From assembly GCF_036321535.1 (NCBI RefSeq), contig NC_087436.1, positions 122,514,001 to 122,578,000 on the forward strand: DNA of 64,000 bases. The letters run 5' to 3'. A program made the position numbers and the translations under genes. This document shows, piece by piece, positions 34,733 through 46,629 of the stretch. This stretch comes from Camelus dromedarius (taxonomy: Eukaryota). A model generated the notes under the pieces. It had not been told where the DNA came from and did not search any database. It saw only the letters and a program-made list of their open reading frames with translations. Each line of letters opens with the position of its first letter. The stretch's first letter is position 1.

Positions 34733-37094
34733 GTAGTTTTACAGCAGTTGTATTTAAAAATTCGAACATGGAAAGATGTAGAGGGAAAGCAAACCCCTCG
34801 TCCCACCTGCTGCAGGCCCCTCTGTGCGGAGCTCGCCACGGGGGCAGGCGTGTGGCCAGGCCTGGCCGCTCCCTCGGCCACGCAGGGGGGCCTTTTGGGC
34901 TGGTTGCTGCGGCTGGTCCCCAGGGTGGACAACGTGGGCTTGGGCGCCGTTGCGGTCACGGTGGGGGGAACTTGGGCCCCTCTATCTCCATCCCTGCTGG
35001 CGTCTGCCTCTCTCATGTGCATTGAAGCCCCTGGACCCCTTTCCCAGAGGCAGCGTGGGAGCCCAGAGTGGGCAATGGGTGGTGGTTGAGGCCAAGGCAG
35101 CCAGGGGGCCCGGGGAGAGGCCGGCCTACGGGCGTCCAGTGTGGGGAGGGCTCCACCAGGCCACACTGGAGCCCTTCCCTTCCATGAGGGGCAGACTCTT
35201 GGCCATCCTGCCCAGGCCGCCCCCAGGACCCCCTTGCTGGGCAGGGAAAATGGGTGGGGAGTGTAGGGCTGTGTCTTCTGTGGGGAGCAGCCGGGACCTG
35301 GTCAGGCCAGACAGGCCAGTGGGAGGAGCATGGGTGAGGGGGCGAGGCCCGAACAGGGGGGCATAGAGAGCATGGGGTCCCCTCCCGCCCTGCTGCTGCG
35401 GCCTTGGCTGCGGCCCTCACCACGAGGCCCAAGGGTATGGCTTCTGGGATGTGGCCCTGGGGACTCCTGTAAGGGTGGCCCAGGGGTAGCCCAGAGGCGC
35501 CCTGAGCCACTGGGCATCCTCCCTTCTCTTGTCCGTCTGTCCCCAAGTACACCTTGAACCTGGCTCAGGAGCAGGGGCCTCACGTGCCACATCAGCAGGG
35601 ATGGTGCAGTAGACGGGGACAGCTGCCCACTCCTGCCCCCTGCTGGGCTCAGCCTGGCCTCAACTGACAGTGGCCCAAGAGCCACAGCCAGGCCTGGGGG
35701 CCCCACTCGGCGTTGGGTGGCCAGAGGAACAGCCTCGTCGCTGGGCGGGGCACTTCTTTGACAGGTCAAAGGGGAAGAGGAGCCAGCTCCCGAGGGCGCC
35801 GCTCGTGGGCCCAGCCGAGGCCTCTCAGCTCCTTCACGGTCTGGCTGGGCTGGGTAGGGACTGGGCCGGCCCCTGGGAGCGGCCCACTTCCCTCCCGGGT
35901 GGAAGGTTGAACTCCAGGGCCCTGAGTAGCTTGTGGTGTCGTGAAGGGCTGGTGCCAGGCTGGGGTCTGACAGGAGCCATTTATTTATCTGCCTCTCAGT
36001 GCCACTAATTTATACCAGTGAGCTATTTCCCAGAGCCCCACCCGACTCCCCGCCCTGCCCCAACAGCCCCTTAAAATGTCCATTGGCTCCGGGTACAGCA
36101 GCGCCCCAGAGGCTGTGGGAGGCGCAGCTGTGTGGGTCGTCCTGTGGTGGGAGCTCCAGGGGTGACCGACCAGAAGGACCGAACTGCCGCATCGCCCCTG
36201 GCCCAGGACGGGGCCTGGTGGCTGTGGACCTGCTCCACCCCTACTCCTCCCTCAGTCTTCCCCACTCTGTGACCCCGTCCTGCCCTCTGACCCCCAGTAG
36301 GTGCTGGGTCCTGTGGCCGCCTGCGTGCTCCTCCCGGCTGGGCTTCCTGGGGCCAGGCCGCCTCCATCCCAGAGGTGAGGCGGGGCCGCTTGCAGAAGGA
36401 AGAGTGTTCTCCTGCCAGCGAGGGCCTCCCATGCCACAGTGGACGCTGGAGAAAGGGGCGAGAACCTTCTGGACCCCACCCCTCCCTAACTGTGTGGTCA
36501 GACCCGCGGGCGTGTGAGGCTGCTGTGCAGCGACAGCCTCCACCGCCTGGGCGGGGCCTCCTTCTCAGGCCAGAAACCGGAGCTGAGTCACTGGCTCAGC
36601 AGAGCCCTGGCCCCCAGGGTGCCTGAGGGCTGCGTCCGAGCAGGGGGTGTGCTGGATCCCTTCCCTTCCTTCCCTCACCCCGACCCCATCTGTCTGCCCC
36701 TCCAGACCAGCCACCAGCCTGCTCACCTCTGCCTCCAGGAAGCCTTCCAGGCTGTGCTGAGTCCTGTAATTTCCTGTGTTTGCCCACCCAAGGGAATGAG
36801 GGGGGCGTCTGCCCCGGAAAGGCTCAGGGACAGCAAAGGTTCCTCTCACTGTGCTGCCCGCCTGGCTCTGCCGGTCTGCAGGGGGACTGTGAGGGGCCGT
36901 GCAAGGCACCCCCCGTGGCCAGGCCCTCCACTCCCGCCCGGGGCCCTGGGGCGGCCGCAGTGTTGGTGGCTTGCCAGCCGGGTGCGCTCCGTCCCGCACA
37001 TTTCCGGGGGTGGCAGTGCTGCCGAGACCGTGTCTCCTGCTTGTTGGTGTCACCGACTTTGCCACGCTGGGGTCGAGAGTTATCCCGCCCGTCT

Positions 37095-37505
37095 TTGTTT
37101 CTAAGTTTAATTGTCGCACTCCTTTTCTCCCTTAAAAAGATCAGTAAAAACTGTTAATTTGATCAATACTTAATTTTTTCACCAGGAGCGTGTTTCTTCT
37201 GCTGGCCCGTGATAAGCAGGCGGTGGGGCAGAGGGACACGTAAATTGTCAGGAATTTCCCCACTCTCCCGCGGCCACTCCACCACTTAGAGCCGTGTAAT
37301 TTATACCCCGGCAGGCGCTCTGCAATTACCCTGTCTATTGCTGTCGACAGTATCGCACTATCTTTTAAATAGATCCGGCTTGGCTGGTGCGGACGCGCCG
37401 GCAGGACGAATGGCACCATCCCTCATCCCGCGAGCCCTGAGAGATAAGTTCTTTAAAGAGCGGCCCATCTATCAGCTGATACAAGCCGGGTGCTTACAAA
37501 CCCAC
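37095..37505. promoter_or_regulatory. Candidate conserved non-coding enhancer (GATA/homeodomain/NF-kB motifs)
   Basis: Several TAATT sites, TGATAA/AGATAA, GGAATTTCCC at 37251-37260, palindrome TATCAGCTGATA at 37470-37481. Confidence 0.6.
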
Positions 37506-38206
37506 TGCTTTGTTTGGGCTCTTTTTGGATTTCCAAAGCTATCGATCCACCAAGGGGGGCCGGGCCAGGGTGCGGGGTGGGGTGCCGAGGGGCAACCTTG
37601 GAGACCCCTAAGGGGGCCGCCTTGCAGCCCCCACCGGGCCATCTGCAGGCGCCGGCCCTCGGCCACAGGGGAGGCTTCCCTCCCTCTTGTGGGTGAGGGG
37701 GTGCTGATGGGGAGGCGGGGTAGGCCGGAACTGAGGGGTGCCGCCCACCTGGGGACACCCTGGGGGCAAAGGCAGGGCTGATGTGGCTCTGCCCACTGAC
37801 AGGCCTGGCACAGGTGTCTGGTGAGGGTCCCTTGTGTCCCCACCACTCCCTCCCTCACTGCCCTGCCAGGCCCAGATGGGACCCCTGCCTGTGGAGCAGC
37901 CCCTGTGAGACACAGGTGTGACAGCAGACCCGCCGCCACCAGCGTCATGACCATGTGCAGGGCCAGGATGGGATGGGGCACCCGTGCCCCTGGCCCGCCC
38001 CTCCCAGCCCTCTGAGTTGGGCCTCTGCATCCAACCAGGCTCTCCCAGGACCTTGGTGGTGGGGGTGGCATGCAGACTGCCCTGGGTCCCCTGGGGCCAG
38101 TGTCTTTGGGATGACAAGCGGCCCTGGCAGAGCCTGTCTACCTGCTCCCAGCTGGACTGGAAGGAAGAACGGACCTCCTGAAGCTTCCCCAACAGCTGCT
38201 TCCACG

Positions 38207-38496
38207 AGGCCAGGGCCAGGCCAGGGCAGGGAGAGCCCAGAGGCAGGGCCAGGCCAGGCAGGGAGTGCCAGGAGGCAGGGCAGGGAGAGCCCGGAGGCAG
38301 GGCCAGGACAGGGCCAGGCCAGGGCCAGGCCAGGGCAGGGAGTGCCCGGAGGCAGGGCCTGGCCAGGGCAGGGAGAGCCCAGAGGCAGGGCCAGGCCAGG
38401 GCAGGGAGTGCCCGGAGGTAGGGCCAGGCCAGGCCAGGGCAGGGAGTGCCAGGAGGCAGGGCCAGGCCAGGGCAGGGAGAGCCCGGAGGCAGGGCC
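38207..38496. repeat. G-rich minisatellite, about 33-bp unit, 8 core copies
   Basis: Core ggcagggagWgccMRgagg separated by variable (cagg/caggg)-type linkers. Confidence 0.95.
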
Positions 38497-39689
38497 TGAC
38501 CCTTGGGGTGGCAGGAGGGTGGGCCGGCAGCCTCTTTCAGCCCTTGGCCATCCTCCCCGCTCCCCGGAATGCTCCCACTCAAGTCCCCCTACGGTTTCTA
38601 CCTCATGTGTGCTCCGGGCGGGCTCAGGGTGGGAACACTGCCAGGCCGGGGACTGAGGCAATGAGCTCTCCTGGAGACCCAGGTCCCAGGTGGCAGGGCA
38701 CTCACTCACCTTCACTACACGGACCGGCCTGGGTCCTGGCCTATGGGGGTGGCTTCTGCAGAGCCACCTGGTTTAGCAGAGAGTGAGCAGGAGTGTCTGA
38801 CAGGGCTGGCATGATGTGGGCGTGGCCTGGGCACCTCAGTAGCTGGAGAAGGCTGCTGGTGTCTGCATTTTCTGGGTTACTATTATCATCTTCCTGGCTT
38901 CCCCCTGGGGTCCCGTGAGGTCAGGGTGCAGAGGCAGGCAGGAGGGTGTCCAGGCTCCTGGGCGCCTCCCAGCTGCAGAGCCCCACCCGAGGGCCAACCT
39001 TGCACAGATGCACCAGCTCTGAGCCTTCATTCTGTCTGCCTGCCTCGGGCCAACCCCTCGGGCAGGGTGGGCTCTTGCCAGGCCCCGGCCCATAGCCCTT
39101 GGGCTGACAGCTGTGGCCGGTGCCCCTGGAGGGCAGCCCTGACCGCAGACATGGGTGAGGGCAGAGGGAGCTCTGCCTCTGCCTCAGGCGTCTCTACAGC
39201 TGCAGGTCTCTCTTCCCTCTGGGCAGCCTGAGAACTGGTGGCTGGTGCCTGCCTGCCCCTCTGACCTTGTGGCCTCTAGACTGTCTGGGTGCTGCAGCCT
39301 GGCTGGGTCTGGTGAGGGGAGCTGGGCCCGGGGGTGCAGGAACTTGGGTGACGCGGGGCTGCGGGAAGAACGTGGCCAAGTATAGCACAAGGGGCACAGG
39401 TGCTGTGTTGGGGGCTGTCACACGGCTAATTGTCTCCAAGTGGCTTGGAGCCCTCCAGGACACCCCCCCCGCCCCCCACTGAGAGAGCATTCAGGGAAAG
39501 AGCAAAAGGCCAATCGGGACCAGGCAGGCCTCTCCCCTCTGGTCAGTCTGGGGACGGTCTGTGTGGTCTCTCCTCCACGCTGGACACGCCCTGGGCATGT
39601 GGGGCAAGTCCGCCTCACTGAGCCATCACTGTCCTGGAGATGGATGGCAGCACGGCTTGGGACGTGGCTGATGGGGGCGATACGCCGAG

Positions 39690-39930
39690 GGTCATCAGTT
39701 TGGTATTAATTTAGGAAACCTTCAAGAGGTTATTACGCAGCATTTCTTCCCTGTGGTGCTTGATGGTATCAGGTGGGTTCAGGGCTCAGCTTTTTCCCGT
39801 TTGTCTTCCTTGGAGAGCAGCATTAATGCGTAGGCACCACAGCCCAGACGAAGCCCCACAGAAACAAATAGAAGTGGTCTTTGCTGCGTCTCCCTTTAAA
39901 AATAGCACCATTTTTCATCCAGCGAACGGT
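39690..39930. promoter_or_regulatory. Candidate conserved non-coding element
   Basis: ATTAATTT, palindrome GCATTAATGC at 39820-39829, MEF2-type TTAAAAATAG at 39896-39905. Confidence 0.45.
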
Positions 39931-40289
39931 GCTAGGCTCACGCCTGGGGCTGGGGACGGCCAACTGCCTCGGGTTGAAATGTCTGCTCTCCCATCTAACT
40001 GTCCCTCCTTCTGTCCTGCACCCCAGAGGGAGGCTCTGAACACCTGTGCTGGCTCCCAGGCAGGGATGGGTGTGGAGCAGGGGGCTGCCGGCCAAGCATC
40101 CCCACTTGTGAACAAGGAGAGCCCAATGGTGGCCTCAGGGTGCCCTCTGCTGCGGTCCCCGTCCAGGGTGCTGGTTCCTTCCTCTGCTGAGACCCCTTCT
40201 TGGCCACCTCTGGAGGGTTCACATTCTTTCCTCCAGGGACTCCCAGGCCCCTGAATGGACCCTGAACCTACACCTGGAGGAGCCACAAG

Positions 40290-40430
40290 TGGGGTGGACA
40301 CAGGCCCTCAGGGCATGTCGCATGTCCAAAATGAATGAGGACTCATTCATTCATTTGTTCACTTGTGATATACAAACTGAGGCCTTAGGTGTGCGTGTGG
40401 GCACTGTACTGCAGATGCCCTGGCAAACAA
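40290..40430. mobile_element. Two tail-to-tail LINE-2 3' ends
   Basis: ...aaaatgaatgag (sense L2 tail) abuts ctcattcattcatttgttc...ctgaggcct...gggcactgtact (antisense L2 tail). Confidence 0.55.
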
Positions 40431-40875
40431 GACTGACCACCACCACATCCTTGCTAGCCCACCTGATGCAGGAATGGCATCCTGTGGCACATGGTCACTC
40501 TCAGCTCCATTCCTGGCAAGTGCAGTGATGGCTGGCTTTTCTAGGTGGGTCAAAGATCCTTGAGAGCAGCGGCCACAGTGTGTCCAGAGAGGAACCAGCC
40601 TGCATGGAGAGCAGGGAGAGGCAGGGTCTTTGCAACCTTGGAGAAGTAGAAAAGAAGAAAAGAAAAAAAGAAACCAAGTAGAGAAATTAGAAAACACACA
40701 AGATGGCACAAATCAACTCTAATATAAAAGGAGTACAATAAATGTAAATGAGTTAGACTCAGTGATCTGAAAGCAGAGACTCATAAATGGGATGAGAAGC
40801 AAGATGCTGCAGTATGTTGCTTAAAGAAGGAACATTTTACAGGAAAAGGCACAGAAAGGTTAAAAATCAAGGGAT

Positions 40876-41874
40876 GGAACAGGCACCCAGGTAGCAAGAG
40901 TGCCCCCCCAAAACAGACTTTTCAACTTCTAAAGCAGCTTCTCTGTCCAAAGGAGGTCTTGCCCAGCCCTTGCTCCAGGCACTGCCTCCCTTGGAGGCAG
41001 GCTATCCCAGGAGAAATACAAGAATATTAAGGACCCCCCCAACACAGCAGTTTTTGGGTAGGAGGTTTAAGGGTTGCTGCTGCAAGGTTCTCCACTCCAC
41101 AGACCAGAGCAGCACCTATAGTACACGAAGCATGGTCTGCCAGGGTGGCAGCTATACCGCCTCTAGCAGCCAGCCCCCCAAGGAGGCTCTGATTGTGACA
41201 GACACTGCAACACCCACCTGGCCTCCATGCACCTGAAAGCAACCCATGAAAGGCAGGACTTCCAACAGCTGAAGCCCAGCTGTTGTGATCTGGAGAGCCT
41301 CCGGGTGACCCTGTGCCTGAGCAGGTTCCCCTTAGCTGACAGCTGCTGCTGGGCGCCAGCATGTTGTGGACATGGGGCCTTTGTCAACAGGCTCTAAAGG
41401 CACACAGGTGAGCATCTGAATGCCATGTGCTGACCTTTGAGGATGACCTGGTGTCTGTGAGCCTCCAGCTTTGAAACCGTTTGTCAGAGTTTGAGCATTA
41501 GCAGATAGAGTTATTCCTCAAAGATTCTGGAGATTTCCATCTTTGGATGGAGCAGCTCCACCCAGGGTTGCTGAGCACAGCTCTGCAGAGTGTTTCCTTC
41601 CCACACTGGCCATCACGGGGCATGAAGCAGTGTCTTAGTCTTATGAGAGGAAAACTGGCTCTTCTTAGAAAAAAGAGTTTCCTCCTGGGAAATGCATGTG
41701 AAAAAACAGTAACAATACAGTGCTCTCTGTGTGGTTTCCTCCCATGATTTATTTGACAAACTGTAAAAACTTAATTATAAAGTAATACATGCTGGTTACA
41801 AGATTTCATAAAATACACAATTATAAAGTAGACACACACACACAACAACAACAAAAACAAAACTAAACAAAAAC

Positions 41875-41914
<40 letters not shown>

Positions 41915-41925
41915 GAAAGAAAGAG
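40876..41925 (+). pseudogene. L1-mobilised retro-insertion of non-TE sequence (retrocopy or orphan transduction; parent unidentified)
   Basis: TSD aaatcaagggat at 40864-40875 and 41926-41937; TT/AAAAA site at 40860-40866; A-rich tail at 41832-41925; splits the host L1 in register. Confidence 0.8.
41832..41925. repeat. Compound (CA)n-(CAA)n-(GAAA)n microsatellite (decayed poly-A tail)
   Basis: Read directly from the sequence. Confidence 0.95.
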
Positions 41926-42376
41926 AAATCAAGGGATTAAAAAAAGATACTAAAAGGAATATGGAGTAGCAATTCTAATATTGGACAAAATAGAATTAAG
42001 GCCAAAAAAATAATAAGGGACAAAGAAGAATATTAGACATTGATTCAAAGGAACAACAGATCAAGAAGATATATTGATCATACATATGTATTATTCAATA
42101 ATATAATCTTAAAATAATATAAAACTACAACTGAGAAAATTATCAGGAGAAATATAAGACTAAACTATGGGAGTTGGAACTTTGAACAAACTCCTCTTAT
42201 AAAATGATAGATGAAATACACAAAAAGTAAGTATGGATATTTAAATCTGAATGGTATAGTAAATTAATTGAATTATACCTATTGCTTCTCTATGAATCTA
42301 CATATCTCATGGAGAATGTCAATTCTTTTGTGTGTAATTATTCACAAAAATAGGCTATGTAGTAGGCCACCATTAT

Positions 42377-42755
42377 GGTTACTTGCAGAGGCAGGCAGAT
42401 CCTACCCCAAATTTGGTTCAAATATTGAGACTGAAGAAGCCACACACACACACACACTCACACACCCCAAGAGAGTATGAAAAAGTTTGGATTACTTAAA
42501 TAATTCATGTTTCTGAGGAGAGCAGCGTAGGCTTCCCAAGCAAATCAGGAGAGACCAAGAAAAGATATTTTTATTAGGTTAGGGGCTGGGGCTGGGGTGA
42601 GAGTTCCCATGTGTGGGCAGAGGCTTGCATGGTCTGCATGTTCCATCAGCATCAGAGGAGGGAGCACCCAGGCTTTCTTGTCATTTTGTCCAGATATGAG
42701 ACACAAAGGGAAGAGGGAGGGGTGAGGCTAAAAGCTGTCAAACACCAAAATTGGA
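42377..42755 (-). mobile_element. ERVL-class LTR (MER54/MER74-like)
   Basis: 'gaggcaggcagatcctaccccaaatttggttcaaatattgagactga...cacacaccccaagagagtatgaaaaagttt' resembles the recalled antisense MER54-type LTR; interrupts the AT-rich L1. Confidence 0.55.
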
Positions 42756-42843
42756 GGAAGACACCAAAACTACAGACAAAAAGAAAATGTAATGAATTTC
42801 AAATAATCAACATAATACTGACTGTGTTGTCTGACAGTAATGC

Positions 42844-42851
42844 AAATAAAA

Positions 42852-42894
<43 letters not shown>
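42844..42894. repeat. (AAAT)n microsatellite
   Basis: Read directly from the sequence. Confidence 0.95.
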
Positions 42895-43488
42895 GAAAAG
42901 AATAGTGAAGAAAATTCCAGATGTCCAGGAAGAAAAAACCCTAAATAATCCTTGGGTTAAGAGAAAATCATAAGTTAAATATATAAAATATTTAAAGTAC
43001 TGCAAGTTATGAGTTGTGGGATGTACCTAAAGCAACAACTAAAGAAAAATTATGACTTTAAATATATTTATTAGAAGATAGAATGATTGAAAATAAGTGA
43101 GCTAAACATCCAGCTCACGAGGCTATAGAAAAACTAAAGTATATATCTAAAAATAAGATAGAAACAAAGAGCAGAGATCAGTGAAGTAGAGAACATTTTT
43201 AACATTAAAAAGCCGGAAAATATTTACAAAACTAAAACTGAATCAGTTCTTATCAGTATAATAGAACAGGCAGACTTCTGTCAAGACTGAGAAGAGAGAA
43301 AAAGAAGATAAACAGAGGATGAACAATGGAAAAAGACTGAAAAAATAATAAAGGCAAACTACAAATGACCACACATATATTCAGAATATAGATAAAACTG
43401 ATAAATTTCTAAAAATATATAAAATACTGGAATTGACACCAGAGTAAATAGAAAATTTAATCAGACCAAAATCCATTAAAGAACCTGA

Positions 43489-43680
43489 AATAGGAGACAA
43501 AAAAATCCCCACTAAAAACCTTCAAGAAAGATAAATTATTTCTTATGAAAACACTTCCAGAGGATAGAAAATAAAGCCTCTCACTTCATTTTGTGGGTTA
43601 GTAAAACACTTACTCCAAAATCAGAAAAGATAATTATAAGCCTTTTAAAAAATCATAAATAAAATGTAACTAACCCCAAG
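43489..43680 (+). repeat. 192-bp dispersed duplication, copy 1 (within L1 relic)
   Basis: Matches 47316-47507 with 4 substitutions and no indels. Confidence 0.97.
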
Positions 43681-43866
43681 TGCATAATTAAATTTTTTTG
43701 ATATTTAAAAATGTATCAAATGGCTTTATTCAAGGAATGCAAAGATGGTTCAACATCAGAAAATCTATCAATGTGATTGCCTTCATAAATGGACTAAAGA
43801 AGAAGAATTCTGTTATAGTCTGAACAGATCCTCCCACTCCACCCCCTAAAAAGAGGATCTGATCAC

Positions 43867-44335
43867 TGTGATGGTTGATTTTACACATCAACCCGACCAG
43901 GCTGCGGGGTGCCCATGTAGTCAAACATGACTCTGGGTGTGTCAGCGAGGGTGTTTCCGGGTGAGATTAGCACTGGAATTGGTGGACCGAGTGAAGCAGG
44001 CTGCCCTCTCCAGTGTGGGTAGGACTCACCCAATCAGCCAAAGACCTGGACAGAACAAAACTACTGGGTCAGCAAGAAGTCCTCCTGCCTGACTGTTTGA
44101 GCTAGGATATTGGTCTTTTCCTGCCTTCAGGCTCAAACTGAAAATCTGCCTTACCTTGGTTCTTGAGCCTGCCAGCTCTGGGACAGGAAGTTTGACCACT
44201 GCCCGCTGACCCCACCCCATCCTGGGCCAGAACGACACGCTGGCTCTCCCAGTCTCCGCTCGCCGAGTGGAGCTCTTGGGACTTGTAGCCTCCACCCCTG
44301 CATGAGTCAGTGCCTGATAATAAATCTCTTGTTAA
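43867..44335 (+). mobile_element. MLT2 (ERVL) LTR
   Basis: Starts tgtgatggttgatttt...gtcaaacatgactctgggtgtgtc...gagattagca; aataaatctc near the end. Confidence 0.85.
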
Positions 44336-44554
44336 ACACATGACAAGGACGTAACATTTCTATTGCTCAAACTATCACCAAGAAGAATAGAATAAGATAA
44401 TGAAAAAGAAAAGTTCACTGGATCGGGGAGGGAGAAACAAACTGCTATTTTATGCAGACGATATGATTACCTACAAAGAAAAACCTAACAAAACCAACAG
44501 GGAAGTCATTAGAGAATCAAGAGAAGTTAGCACAACTGGCAGATTCAAGGTCAT

Positions 44555-45124
44555 TGTGTTAGTTGCCAATTGCTGCATAACAAGTTACCACAAAAGCCAG
44601 CAGCTCAAAACAACAAACACTGGTCATCTCCCAGCTTCTGTGCATCAGGAATTTGGAAGCAATTTAGCTGGGTGCTTCTGGGTCAGTCTCTCATGAGGGG
44701 GAGACAAAGCATTGGCTGTGGCGGCGTCATCTGAAGGTTTGACTGGGGCCAGAGGATCTGTTTCTAAAATGGTGGACCACTTAGCTGTCGTCAGGGGACC
44801 TCGGGTCCCTGCTGGCTTTGGTAGGAGGCTTTATTTCCTGACTATGTGGATCTGTCCACACGGCTACTTGACTGTCCAGAGGACATGGCAGCTGGCCACC
44901 CACCAAGCCAGTGACCAGAGAGGAAGATGGAGAGAGGAGGAGGGGGAGGGGTGGCCTAAGGCCTTCCGTGGTCTCCTCTCAGGGCTGCATTGCCGCTTCC
45001 GCCACAGGCTAGTCAGGAGTGAGTCGCTAAGCGCTCCCCACACGCCAGGGGAGGACGGCCAAGCTCCAAGTCTTGAGGGGAGGAGACTCAAAGACTCTGC
45101 GGGCCTGTTTGTAAAACTATCACA
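44555..45124 (-). mobile_element. MLT1 (E/F-like) LTR, near full length
   Basis: TG...CA ends: tgtgttagttgccaattgctgcataacaagttaccac...gtaaaactatcaca. Confidence 0.8.
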
Positions 45125-45675
45125 ATTACCTTACAGAAATCTTTAGTGTTGCCCTGCGCCAGCGCTGTCCAGCTGGAGAACACAGAAGGCAAGGCCCCGC
45201 TGCCGCAGTGCGGAGCAGCGCAGCACCTGCGAGTCACCCTAAGAGGAACGCGCAGGACACTTATGCGGAAACCTGGGAGCCCCAGCTCGGCCGACAGGCA
45301 CGAGTGAGAGGAGAACTCTGTCGTGCGTGTGTGGGTGGCTGGCTTCACATCAGGAAGACGCCAGTGTTCCTGCAGTTACTCTATGAACTAAATATGATTC
45401 AAATCAAAGGTGTTTGAGAAATGTAACAAACACTAAGTTGACATTAAAAAGGGATGATACAAGAGCATCCTAGACCTTTTTGGAAAGGAGGAACAAAGCC
45501 TGGGGCATCCCTACAGCTATTAAAATACAAAGACATGGGAAGAAAACAGCACAACGGTGGGCCAGACAAGCACACACCCCAAACCCTAAACATAAGCTCC
45601 CCAAACAAACCCACAGGCTTGTGGCCAGCCGATCTGTGACCAGGGTGGTACAGGACATCTTTGGGAAAGGAGGTT

Positions 45676-45676
<1 letters not shown>

Positions 45677-45712
<36 letters not shown>
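45677..45712. repeat. Poly(T)36 tract
   Basis: Read directly from the sequence. Confidence 0.95.
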
Positions 45713-45719
<7 letters not shown>

Positions 45720-45835
45720 CTGTGCTTTTAAAACTCAGCTCTGCAAATACCTTGACACTCTCCCACCGAGAGGTGGGGTCTGTGTCTCCTGCCCTGAACC
45801 CAGACTAGTCTTGGTGACCTGCTTGTAACCAGCAG
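45720..45835 (+). mobile_element. MLT1 (G/H-like) LTR 5' fragment
   Basis: 'cttgacactctcccaccgagaggtggggtctgtgtctcctgccctgaaccc...gtgacctgcttgtaacc'. Confidence 0.6.
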
Positions 45836-46031
45836 ACAAGCGAGGGGACCCCTACCTCACACCATGTACACAGGGGACCCCTATCTCATGCCGTGTACAG
45901 AGGGGACCTTTGCATAAGAGGCTGGAGACCTACATGTAAGCAGTAAAACTATAGGAGGAAACATCAGAGAATGTCTTTGTGACCTTGGGTAGGAAAAGAT
46001 TTCTTCACTTCCCCAAAAGAACAAACAATAA

Positions 46032-46629
46032 TGGTGTAGCTACTATGGGAAACATGATGGAGATTCCTTAAAAAAACAAAAATACTTACCATGTGACCCA
46101 GCAGTCCCACTCCTGGGCATGTGTCTGGAGGGAACTCTAATTCGAAAAGACACCCGCACCCCCATGTTCACTGCAGCACTATTTACAACAGCCAAGACAT
46201 GGAAGCAACCTAACTGTCCACTGACAGAGGACTGGATAAAGAAGATGTGACACATGTACACAATGGAATACTACTCAGCCATAAAAAGAATGAAATAATG
46301 TCATTCACAGCAACATGGATGGACCTAGAGACGATCACACTGAGTGGAGTAAGTCAGACAGAGAAAGACAAACACTACATGTCACCTACATGTGGAATCT
46401 AAAACATTACACAGTGAGCTTATCTATGAAACAAAAGCAGACTCACAGACAGAGAAAACAAACTTAGTCACCAGAGGGGAAAGGGAGTTGGGGAGGGTAA
46501 ATCAGGAGTGAGTTTGGGATTAGCAGGTACGAACTGCTGTGTAATAAACTAGATGAGCAGCAAGGTCCTGCTGTAGAGCACAGGGAACTGCATTCAACAT
46601 CCGGTGATAAAGCATAATGGGAAAGAAAA
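46032..46629 (+). mobile_element. Younger 5'-truncated LINE-1 3' end with 17-bp TSD
   Basis: ORF2 C-terminus plus 3'UTR; TSD aaaagaacaaacMataa at 46015-46031 and 46630-46646 (1 mismatch). Confidence 0.9.

Noticed and set aside
38207..38496. CRISPR-like repeat/spacer array
   Set aside because: The linkers are low-complexity variants of the repeat rather than unique spacers; there are no cas genes and the context is mammalian.
37608..38786. Longest ORFs (324, 256, 233 aa) with repeating peptides
   Set aside because: They are translations of the stop-free minisatellite at 38207-38496, open on both strands.
40302..40385. Identity with the known L2-derived miRNAs miR-28, miR-95 or miR-151
   Set aside because: I could not see their mature sequences here; only the architecture is similar.
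40970..41747. Assigning a parent gene or protein to the retro-insertion
   Set aside because: The short ORFs (88 aa or less on +, 111 aa on -) match no protein I recognise; a database search is needed.
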